From Octopus bimaculoides (taxonomy: Eukaryota), in the NCBI RefSeq assembly GCF_001194135.2, contig NC_068981.1:130255691-130319690 (forward strand): a stretch of DNA of 64,000 nt. The letters are read 5' to 3'. This document shows positions 1-10,723 of the stretch, in pieces. The notes under the pieces were generated by a model. That model saw nothing but the letters and a program-made list of their open reading frames with translations. It searched no databases and was not told the DNA's origin. A program made the position numbers and the translations under genes. How positions within the stretch are numbered: the first letter of the stretch is position 1; each line of letters starts with the position of its first letter.

Positions 1-207
1 GTTTAAAAATATAGCTGTATAATATGAACATGTCAATTTGATTCAGATATCCATGTGACAGGCAGGTTTCCACAAAGTTTCCATCTATCAAATTCACTCA
101 TAAGGCATTGGTCAGTCTGAGGCCATAGCAGAAGACACTTGCCCATTGCTGAAACAGTATTTATAGTCATGTTCAAAATATCAGAAAGTATCCAATAGAG
201 ATTCAAG

Positions 208-615
208 GCATAGCTGTGTGGTAAGAAGCGTGCTTCCCAACCACATAGTCCCGAGTTCAGTACCACTGTGTGGCACCTTGGGTAACTGACTTCTACTATA
301 GCCTCAGGCCAACCAAAGCCTTGTGAGTGGATTTGGTAGATGGAAGGTGAAAGAAGCCCGTCATGTGTGCACGCGTGTGTATATATATATATATATGTTT
401 GTGTGTCTATGTTTGTCCCCCCCATTATCACTTGACAACTGGTGTTGGTATGTTTACATCCCCATAACTTAGCAGTTCAGCAAAGAGACGAATAGAAAAA
501 GTACTAGGCTTAAATATAAGTCCTTGGATCGAATTGTTTGACAAAAACACTTCAATATTGTGCTCCAGTATGGCCACATCCAAATGACTGAAACAAGTAA
601 AAGAATAAAAGAATA
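208..615 (+). mobile_element. SINE family 3 (internal (TA)n/(TG)n, AAAAGA tail); further copies ~6100-6485(-), 12740-13025(-), 13305-13685(-), 16600-16975(-), 31140-31495(+), 49068-49312(+), 52615-52970(-), 54925-55280(-), 61230-61805(-), 62028-62415(+)
   Basis: GCTGTGTGGTAAGAAG head, GGTTCAGTCC B-box-like motif, conserved body. Confidence 0.88.
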
Positions 616-914
616 ACAAAACAAAATTTAACCTTTTTGTGGCCATATTTCTGATGAAGTAAAATACACTACTTATGTGTTTCAATTTAGCTTTAAAATA
701 ATCCAGAACTTGTAAGGTTTAGTCAAATAACTGTTATTATTTAGCTAATGTTTGAAAGGACAAAAAATTACCCCCTTAAATTATTATAGAATGTTTTTAA
801 TTGATTATAAACATTTTAAAAATGAGATGTTTTCGATCATAGAATCAGGGAAGTTAGGTTGATTTCAACAAAATTTACACAAAAGTTCATGCTAGAAAAG
901 AAAAATGTTCTTAC

Positions 915-1027
915 TCGTCTCCGTGGAATTGGACATCTAATGTCAGGCTGATCTCCAAAGTTCTTATATGTGATATAGTTTTCAGAACAAATTAAGCAAC
1001 CACTTGGACCATCACTGCCTCCAGGTA
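915..1027 (-). CDS. SF3B3: SF3B3 coding exon 6 (113 nt; (V)[37 protein letters not shown])
   Basis: Manual translation nearly identical to metazoan SF3B3; AG acceptor at 1029-1028, GTAAG donor at 914; phase 1 to 0. Confidence 0.96.
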
Positions 1028-3574
1028 CTGTTGTTGTTAATAATAATAATAATGATGATGATGATGATAATCATAATAATAATACTAATGATAAATAATA
1101 ATAATAATAATAATCCTTTCTGCTGTAAGCACAAGGCCTGAATTTGATGGGTGAGGGCTGGTCAATTACATCGACCCCAGTGTTCGACTGGTACTTATTT
1201 TACTGACCTCAAAAGGATGAATGGCAAAGTTGACCTTGGCAGGGTTTGAACTCAGAGTATAAAGACAGACAAAATACCACTAAGCATTTTGCCCAGCATG
1301 CTAACGATTCTGCCAGCCCACCACCTTAATAATGATAATAATAAAATAATAGTTTCAAATTTTGGTACAATGCCAGTAATTTCAAGGGAAAGGTAAGCCA
1401 ATAACATTGACCCCAGTGTCCAACTCATAATTAATTCATCAACCCAGAAAGGATGAAAGATGAATTTGAACTCAGAACATAAAGACAGACAAAATGTTAA
1501 GCATTTTGCCTGATGTGCTAACGATTCTGCCAGCTTGCCACCTTAATAAAAATAATAATAATAATCCTTTCTACTAAAGGCACAAGGCCTGAAATTTGGT
1601 GGGAGGGGACTAGTTGATTACATCAACCTCAGTGTTTCACTGGTACTTAATTTATTGACCCCGAAAGGATGAAAGGCAAAGTCGACCTCAGTAGAATTTG
1701 AACTCAAAATGTAGCAGCAGACGGAATACTGATAAGCATTTCACCCAGCATGCTAACGATTCTGCCAACTCACTGCTTTAGTANNNNNNNNNNGATTCTG
1801 CCAACTCACTGCTTTAGTAATAATAATAATAATAATAATCATCATCATCATCATCGTCGTTTAACGTCCACTTTCCATGCTAGCATGGGTTGGACGATTT
1901 GACTGAGGACTGACGAACCAGATGGCTGCACCAGGCTCCAAACAATAATAATCCTTTCTAATATATGCACAAGGCCTGAAATTTGGTGCAGGAAGCCAGT
2001 TGAATACATCAACCCTCTCTTTAACTTTTTCTTTATCCTTATTTGTTAATCTACAAAGGTGAAATACTGACATAAACTTTTAGACAATGCTACCAAGGTC
2101 TTTCTTCTCTATAAAGACATCATCCCTGAAGATGTTGCAGTTTCCAATCAACTTTATAGAGATGAAATTTGAGGTAGGAAAATAGTCAATATTTTGTAAA
2201 TGTTATATATAATCAAGGATCATCTGAAATTATTCTAACATCAAGACATAAATGATTTGATCTGATAGTAAAGTTTGATTGTACCAGCCTACTTAAAAAA
2301 AAAATCTACATAATAATCTACTTGCTTGTTCACCCGTTATACTTTAGTTAATTAGAGAAGTAGAGAGAAATTTGAGTAGAGAAGAGTATAACATACTAAG
2401 GCCAAATACATCACACGGTTAGTTGAAAGGAGAATTGAAGAGCAAGAAAAAACGACGGTGAGAGACAAGTGGGAGAGAGAAGTGTTAATGACGGACTGCA
2501 GGGCGGGGAGGGAAAGGTGAAGAGAAAGAGAGAAATATTAAAGACATGAAGAGAGGAATTACATGGTTAAGAAGTTTGTGGAAGGGATAGAGAGAAAGAG
2601 AGAAATGTAAAGTGCTTAGCTGAGGGAAATTTTAAAACCATATAATATATAATTGTGATTAGAAATGAAATAACTCAGCAAAATAAAAATCATCCTTTCT
2701 TTCTTAAATAACTTCTCTTAATCTTTTTTGTTGTGGAATTATCACAGGTCCTACTAGTAAAACATAAATTCATCAAAAACCAGCAGCGATATATGACATA
2801 GCTACCACTTCTTCATCATCAACAATACAAGCTTTTCTACTTGTAGAGAATAACTTCTGCATTAATGAATTTTTTTTTTTAGGCCTATCCAACCGACTTA
2901 TTCTAAGGCTTTGGTTTACTTTTAACTTACATAGCTTCTGAATGGGTGTATCTGCTGGGTCTCGGTTTAAAATAACACAGTCAGAAAATGGAGGAAATGA
3001 TGTGAGGAAATATATAAAAATGAAAGCCATATTTGATGGCACAGGCATATTAAATGCACTCCAAGTTCAGTAGCACATATTCAGGATTACTCTATCAAAT
3101 GTAATGATTATTTATATTGCTTTGAATTAATCATGCAATATCTTATAGGTTTGAGATTTTCCTAATGTGATTGCTAATTTTCAGGACATTGTAGGGTAAG
3201 TGTGAAAAGCTGATTCTGGCTGGTTTGAACATAAAATAGGTAGAATATTTAGACCAGATATGCCCAGTTTGAATACTAAAGGGTTAAAACGTAATATAGA
3301 CCCAACTTTGCATATAGGACCTGAGGTGAGGTTTTGAGACACTTTTGTTGGGGAGAAAAGTACCATCAAATACTGTAAATTAAAGACGCCAAGATTCATG
3401 GCAATAAAAAGGAGATCTTGGAGCAGTATTTATTTTTTAAACTGGAAAATGATAATCCTATATTGATGATTACAATGTAAGAAACAAAAAATGTCAAGTT
3501 AGATGTTTATTTTTCAAATCACAGCTAAAAGAAACAGTATAATATACGAATATGAAGGACTTTGAAATATTTAC

Positions 3575-3716
3575 CAGCAATCAGAGAATTAGCATGTTCT
3601 TCAAGTTGTTCAGAATATTTCCTTACAACATGGTTGAGACCAAGATCCAATTCATAATAAGTAAGCATCTGATGAGTCTGGAGTGCAGCTTCCCCTGTTG
3701 GGTCATAGTCAGCTTC
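3575..3716 (-). CDS. SF3B3: SF3B3 coding exon 5 (142 nt; EADYDPTGEAALQTHQMLTYYELDLGLNHVVRKYSEQLEEHANSLIA)
   Basis: Contains YELDLGLNHVVRK motif; TTTTAG acceptor, GTAAAT donor; frame continuous. Confidence 0.97.
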
Positions 3717-4700
3717 CTAAAATACAATTCACTTCATTAATATTTATTTTGATAAACACATTTGTGTTTATCGTTTTGATAAACATGATACATTTTTTTA
3801 AAATAAACAAAAAGAAAAAAAAATGACATGAAAAAATATGGAAATTATTATTTTTTTAATGTATATAATGCAGTCTGTCCCATCTTAGCACTGGAGGAAG
3901 AGCTAACTGTAAAGAGTTCATGCAAATTATATTTAGTTTGAACTCTTGCAGATTAGTGATTTGAAGGGAACTCTTAACACAGTTAAGTTCTATTAGTAAT
4001 GAGAGATAGAAAGATTTCATACAGGAAAAGGAAAAAGACAAGTACATAATTGGGTGTGTGTGGGGAGTGAGGATGATCTTACACATGCTCATTTGTTTTC
4101 CTACATGTGTCTTAAAATATCATAGATCTCTTTCTTACTTCCAAACCTAGATGATACTCAAAACATAAGACGCCTAATCACTGAAGTCTTATAACCCTTT
4201 AGCATGCAGATTATTCTGTCAAATGTAATGTTGTTTTGAATAAACCATGCATTATCTTGTAGCATCACAATTTCAATGATGTGAATGATAGAAAGAACCA
4301 TCTAAGATGTGTAGCCTTCCTAGCAAGAGATGATGCTGCATTGGACTGGCAAAAAATAATACAGTTGCAATACACAAGTTTGTGATTGATGACATCTGTA
4401 ACAATGACACACATAGGGAAACAGCTTTGTCGGATAATTCTCAGGTGAGTCAATCTCTGACTTTACTAATATCAATGATAACAGCTTTATTTTTTTTCAA
4501 AGTTTTCAGAGGTAAGAGATTACCAGTTTGTAGAAAAGATAGCTTCCAGTAAATGCAATTTCAACAGAAATCATAATGGTGATCACTAGAGAGAGAAATA
4601 CATTCAAGATAGTACAGATACTTATTGTGTATGATCATCTCCCATAACCTTATTATAATAATGCTTTGCCTGTAACAAAAATAAAGAAATATAATCTTAC

Positions 4701-4873
4701 TTCATAATCTATCTCAAGACAAGCAAATGTTGGATTTTCAAATCCTACATCAACTCCAACCATGTGGTAGACGAGTGTGCTGGATTTGTGGGCTTCAAGA
4801 GGAGAAGAAATTGTTAGTCGAGCTTGAGCATCTCTGTTCAGGATATATACTAACTTCTGTTTCTCCACAGCAC
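4701..4873 (-). CDS. SF3B3: SF3B3 coding exon 4 (173 nt; (G)[29 protein letters not shown]...FACLEIDYE)
   Basis: ORF 4653-4868 matches SF3B3; TACAG acceptor, GTAAGA donor. Confidence 0.97.
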
Positions 4874-6896
4874 CTGTAAATGAAATGCGAACAATTATAT
4901 CAGATTAAATAGTCTTCAAAACATCAACTGCTCAACTTTGAAGTAAAAATGATATCTACAGTATCTTTCTTTAGCATCAAAATTTCCAGCATAATAGAAA
5001 CACAAGCTACTACATCTGAGAAAGGCTTTTGCATACTCTGTTGTAACTTCTTAAAATCATTGGTTTCACATTTTGGTACAAGGCCAGTAATTTCAGGGGA
5101 GAAGGAAAGTTGATCACATCGACCCCAGTGCTCAACTGGTATTTATTTTATTGACCTCAAAAGGATGAAAGGCAAAGTTGATCTCAGAACACAAAGACAA
5201 ATGAAATGCTGCTGAACATTTCACCCGGTGTGCTAAAGATTCTGCTAGCTCACCACCTTACTCCTTAAAATTATCAGAAATAAAATAAGACTGTGTAAAA
5301 CAACTAGGAACATTGTATTGATCAATGCAGAGAAAATAAAACAGCAGTTGATAATTTTCTTTAAATCCTTTAACCCTTTTGTTACCAAACCGCCCAAAGC
5401 CGCCGAAAAAAATTTTGGTTCATGTGACCAAGCCACCCAAAACTGCCCATAATCACATATTCATATTTAAATGAGAATATCAGAGCAAATCTCGTTAGTA
5501 CATTCGTGAAAACACGTGATTATACTGCGTAAACAGTTCAGCTACAAAAACAGCCTTTCCACATCTAACACTTTTTGCTGGTTCACTAAACTGACTGATT
5601 AAAGCGTCATAAAGTTAATCTCTTCTGCCAACTCTCATTACTCTCCGTCTTTGTCACTCCAGGCAATGTGATAAACATACTTCCATTTTACTTCCACTGT
5701 CACTGACTTTCCATTTGTCATTTACATCTCCTACTTCCCTTTGTCATTTACATCTCCTACTTCCCTTCCACATTATCTTGTTGGTGTGACAGTAAATATA
5801 TACACACAACGCTAATTATTATATGTAGATCTTCAAGTAAATAAAATTACATAGCTATGGAGTTTTTTTTTTATATTTGCTAATGTCTTAAAAATCTGAA
5901 CAAGAAAAGTGAAAGAGACATGGGCATGCGGTTAAAAGACTTGCTTAGCAACCACACAGTTATGGGTTTAGTACTTCTGTGTGGCAGATTGGACAAATGA
6001 CTTCTACTATAGCCATAGGCCAACTAAAGCCTTGTGAATGGATCTGATAGACGAAAACTGTTGTTGTGTGTGTGTTTGTGTAAGTGTGTATATACATTCT
6101 TTTATTCTTTTACTTGTTCCAGTCATTAGAATGCAGCCATACCAGGGCACCACGTCGACGTTTTAGTTGAATGAATCAACCCCAGTACTTTTTTTTTTAA
6201 GCCTGATACTTATTCTACTAGTCTCTTTTAATGAATCGCTAAGTTCTGGGGATGCAAACACACCAACACTGGTTGTCAAGTGGAGGTGGGGGGGACAAAC
6301 ACAGACACAAAAATACACACACACATGTAGATATACATACATACATACAACAGGCTTCTTTCAGTTTCTCACAAGGCTTTGGTTGGTCCAAGGCTATAGA
6401 AGATACTTGCCAAAGGTGCCACACAGTGGGACTGAACCTGGAACCATGTGGTTGGGAAGCAAGCTTCTTACCACACAGTCACACCTATATATTTTATGTA
6501 TTTTTGTGTGTATATAGTGTGTATGTGTGCACACGCGTCCTTGTATTGGCCTCATGTGAGTTGTAAATGTCACTGTCATGCAAGCAATGTTCTTCATTTC
6601 CAGTCTTCCATGAAAACATGTTTAGTCATGTGGAAATACTACCTTGCATGGAAAAAGGTGAGGGTTGGTGACAAGAAGGGCATCAGACTGTAGAAAATCT
6701 GCCTCAATAAACTCCATCTGACCCATGCAGTGATGGAAAAGTGGATATTAAAACAATGATTTAGGCTTGCAGGAGTTGCAAGGAGAAATAATTCATAGGT
6801 CATGAATAGTTAATGTTCTGTCTTTTTTTTTAATTTCAACTTTCTCAGAAGAAAAGCAGACAAAATGGAATCAAAAAGTAAATATTTTTTTGTTAC

Positions 6897-6990
6897 CTGT
6901 CATTACTGCACGTCCCTTTGGATCAACAGCCAAGAACTGACCAGGGACAATCCTCCGACAACCACTCTTGCCAAATGTCTCTTGGTGGAT
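6897..6990 (-). CDS. SF3B3: SF3B3 coding exon 3 (94 nt; [31 protein letters not shown])
   Basis: [16 protein letters not shown] signature; TTTTAG acceptor, GTAACA donor. Confidence 0.97.
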
Positions 6991-7816
6991 CTAAAATAAG
7001 AAACAATAATCAGTTACTTGTACTGAATAAATATAAGCTTTAAAAATAAAAAATAGAAGTTGAAGAATAAAATTATGAGAAACAATACACAAGTGTGCAA
7101 AACACTAGTATATGTATACTTCAAGAACAAAATTATATATAGATGGAAGAAAAATTAAATGCAGACATAAGTTAAATTACTTATATAATAAGTTTAGCTA
7201 ATTTGTGTATTTATATAAACCCTATTTTATGTTACTAATTGTTGTAGTTATGATTTGTAATAGTAGAATGTGTATAAATTAGCATGAGATTATAAAGGAT
7301 ATATTACATATTTAGAATAAGATGTTTATAAAATAAATAAATAAATTAATTAATTAATGAAAATAGATTAAATTATTGTAATTTAACTTCATTTATATAT
7401 ATTATATATTTTAAGTATTTTAGATTTAAGTTATTTAGACTTTAGAATTTTCAAGTAAATGATATACTACAGTTAATTTTTTTCTTATTCTCACATCTAA
7501 AATACATTATGTCATCTTAATGGTCTAAATATATATTTCTATCTCATTATTCCATAATTTTTTTATTTACACTGTATTTTCACGTGATATATTTCTTATA
7601 AACGCTAAGTTCTACGTATTACATTTACAATTTTAGTTTAACAGTAATTCTTCGATAAGTTATGATTTTATTTTAAGAAATATTGTTAAATGTTTCTCGA
7701 TTATTTATTTATTTATTGTTAAAACAAGTATTTTTTAAATATATTTATTTGATATTTATTATAAGTTACAATACGTACATTGATTTTTTAATTATTATTA
7801 TTTTTATTTTATTTTA

Positions 7817-7932
7817 GACCTGATGAGTGACTATATTTTTGAACAGATTTAATTGTAGATCAATTTGATTATTAATCGAATTGGTTTTATTAGTTATCTG
7901 TTTGAAAATATAGCCATGAAACGTGTGTAGTC
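7817..7932 (+). ncRNA. Type I hammerhead ribozyme-like motif with 22-bp stem II, in a Penelope-like remnant (~7050-8119)
   Basis: GAC-CTGATGA-[7827-7848 pairs 7896-7917]-GAAA-C(GTGT)GT-A-GTC; stem I GAC/GTC. Confidence 0.65.
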
Positions 7933-8510
7933 ATTTTTATACCATTTACTAGTTATTCTTTTATGTACATTATTGATTTTTAGAATAGGGTTTTTACGAT
8001 ATATTTATTTTCTAGAGGGTATGAATTACATTCTTCATTATTGAATTATTTAATAGTGGTTTTTCTCTAAATTATATACATATTTTATATTGGGAAATTT
8101 GATTTAGTATTGCTAAATTNNNNNNNNNNNNNNNNNNNNNNNNNNNNNNNNNNNNNNNNNNNNNNNNNNNNNNNNNNNNNNNNNNNNNNNNNNNNNNNNN
8201 NNNNNNNNNNNNNNNNNNNNNNNNNNNNNNNNNNNNNNNNNNNNNNNNNNNNNNNNNCAGGGATATTCAGCGTGACACAGTGTGACAAGGCTGACCCTTT
8301 GAATTACAGGCACAACAGAAACAGGAAGTAAGAGTGAGAGAAAGTTGTGGTGAAAGTACAGCAGGGTTCGCCACCATTCCCTGCCGGAGCCTCGTGGAGC
8401 TTTAGGTGTTTTCGCTCAATAAACACTCACAACGCCCGGTCTGGGAATCGAAACTGATCCTATGACCACGAGTTCGCTGCCCTAACCACTGGGCCATTGC
8501 GCCTCCACAC

Positions 8511-8546
<36 letters not shown>

Positions 8547-8984
8547 CTCACTCATTTCACATTGCTCCAGTCCACTCAGCAGTAAATGAGCAATCCTGTG
8601 ATGCGCTGGCGCAATATTCAGTGAGAATATTATGATTTCAGTCACTTATATGCCATGGAAACTGGGTAACAAACCCAATGAGTCTTAGAAATCAAGATAG
8701 CACTTTCCTATAGTATCTTTACTATATATGTGTTTGGTTGCTCCACTTATTAGAATAAGCAGCCAAGTAACCCTTAAACTATCCTCTTCAGTCTTTAAAA
8801 AAAATAAGAGTTCAACTGATCTTATAACAAATAAAATCTAACTTCTTTTTAATGTAATTGCATAACTGGATGACAGAAACCAAGAGCAATACATAAGGGT
8901 GAAATAACCTCAATTAGAATGTTCAAAGCAAATAAGCAATTTCAATAATGGATAGCAAAAAGGAAGGCACTTGTGCCGTGGCAC

Positions 8985-9300
8985 GTGAAAAGACATTCGA
9001 GCAAGGTCGTTGCCAGTGCTGCTGGACTGGCTCCTGTGCAGGTGGCACATAAAATACACCATTTTGAGCGTGGCCGTTGCTAGTACTGCCTGACTGGCCA
9101 TCGTGCCGGTGGCACGTAAAAGCACCCACTACACTCTCGGAGTGGTTGGCGTTAGAAAGGGCATCCAGTTGTAGAAACTCTGCCAAATCAGATTGGAGCC
9201 TGGTGTAGCCATGTGATTCGCCAGTCCTCAGTCAAATCGTCCAACCCATGCTAGCATGGAAAGCAGACGTTAAACGATGATGATGATGATGATGATGATG
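8985..9300 (+). mobile_element. RTE-LINE 3'-UTR-type short repeat; other copies ~12110-12420(+), 22045-22600(-), 24876-25168(-), 43025-43480(-), 44325-44500(+), 45728-46040(-), 63755-64000(-)
   Basis: Shared ...CCATGCTAGCATGGAAAGCGGACGTTAAACGATGATGATG end, matching the 31.9 kb LINE 3' end. Confidence 0.85.
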
Positions 9301-9308
9301 AATATTAC

Positions 9309-9385
9309 CTTTTCAAATGCATTTTTAGATGGAAGATATTCAAGGATGACAATCCTTCCAGAATCAGATCCAACAATAATATAAT
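9309..9385 (-). CDS. SF3B3: SF3B3 coding exon 2 (77 nt; (D)[25 protein letters not shown])
   Basis: [13 protein letters not shown] signature; TTTCAG acceptor, GTAATA donor. Confidence 0.97.
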
Positions 9386-10497
9386 CTGAAAAGAAACAGA
9401 TTTTGAAATTAGAGAGTGGAAAATTTTAGATAAAGAAAAGGTGTACAAATGGAGTGGAAAATATTAACAGTGAAAAACAATAGTTCTTTCATTTCACACA
9501 CTATCTATGTCCAAATCACAAATCACACACGATATCAAAACATGCTTTCTCTAAGGGTTTGTAAATATACATACGGAAATCCTTACAAAAGTTTATAAAA
9601 AAAGTGAAATAGAAGACTCATTATTCTGTGGAGAAACTAATATTCTTTTACCAGTTTCACCTCTATCAATTATTAAAACTGTTTGTGTTTTATGCACGAG
9701 AGAAAGAGAAAAGGAGGCAGTGACCAACAAGAAAAGGAGGCAGGACCTCTATCAGTCCAAGCTGACTGAATCTACACATATCTGTACAAGCCTGAACTAG
9801 ATTTTTTTGTAAGAAGACTGACACTTGTCCATGCAGATAAGTCTCTCATCTCCATGACACCAATGTTTATCCAAGGGAAAGGCTGCCAACTTTATCCAAT
9901 ACAGCTTGGCATTGCTTCCAGCACACAAAATGTTGGAACAGCTACTACTAAGTAATTTGCTAGATCCTCTAACGCCACCAAATCTTATGCTGGATTGGTA
10001 ATTTTTTAATGACTCAAAAAGGGTGACAAAGATAAGAACTCAGAACACAGACAGTACTGTGAGGCATAATAACAATTCCAATTCACCACTTTCAAGACGA
10101 GGTAATTAACACAAGAGAAGCAAACTCAATTTTTACATCGGGTGATTTACTCTATAGCAAGCATTCAGATCAGGTTTCTATTCTAAGGATAAATTCTTCC
10201 TTAGATGCCCTAAAATGAGGTTATAGATGCTATCCTTCCTCATATGATTAACATTGAGAAAAATACAAAACAAAGCAAATTATTTTGGGGTCATTACCAA
10301 CAAGTGTGTATAGAAATCCTATCACACTTGTCAAAAGGAAAATGAAGTTAGTTAAAGCTATATAAAGGAAAGTAATTGTTCTACCAACAATAAAATGTTA
10401 TAGTTTCAGGTTCTCAACAGTTGCACTTTAATAAAATCATAATTAGAGTTAGCTATTGATAAAAGTCTGAAAAAAAAAAGAAAAAAAATTAACTTAC

Positions 10498-10723
10498 CTT
10501 TAGTTCCACCTGTAAGTCGAAAAGGTAACAAAGCTCTTATCACACCAAATATCTCAACAGTTAAAATAGTGTAGACTTTCCCTGTGTTAGGGTCAGGGCG
10601 CAAAAGCTCTAAGATTTTGCCCCTCGATACAATAACTTCCTGCTGTTTAGTTCCAGAGAAATTACCATGGACAGCTTGAGTTATTCCTGTTGCTCGTTGT
10701 AATGTCAAATTGTACAGAAACAT
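10498..10723 (-). CDS. SF3B3: SF3B3 first coding exon (226 coding nt; MFLYNLTLQRATG...FRLTGGTK); exon begins at acceptor 10731, so an upstream non-coding exon is required
   Basis: N-terminus nearly identical to SF3B3/SAP130/Rse1; TTCAG acceptor 8 nt before the ATG; AAG|GTAAGT donor. Confidence 0.98.

Noticed and set aside
2101-2166. 16-bp stem hairpin containing CTGAAGA and ending in GAAA; considered as HHR, pre-miRNA or H/ACA snoRNA
   Set aside because: Core motifs are not in HHR geometry, pairing does not extend to miRNA length, and there is no pseudouridylation pocket
2773-3048. 91-aa minus ORF with a faint SOCS-box-like IQKLCKLKVNQSL
   Set aside because: Intronic, runs through a poly-A tract, no recognisable homology; only the microexon signals were kept
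5905-5925. GAAAGAGACATGG resembles the 28S target of vertebrate SNORD111, which is hosted in SF3B3 introns
   Set aside because: No C box or CTGA D box around the minus-strand match, and it abuts a SINE head; I found no convincing C/D snoRNA in any SF3B3 intron by eye (snoscan/Infernal needed)
9205-9245. CTGAGGA followed by a CTGG/CCAG stem in the RTE 3'-UTR repeats
   Set aside because: No GAAA after the stem, so not a hammerhead
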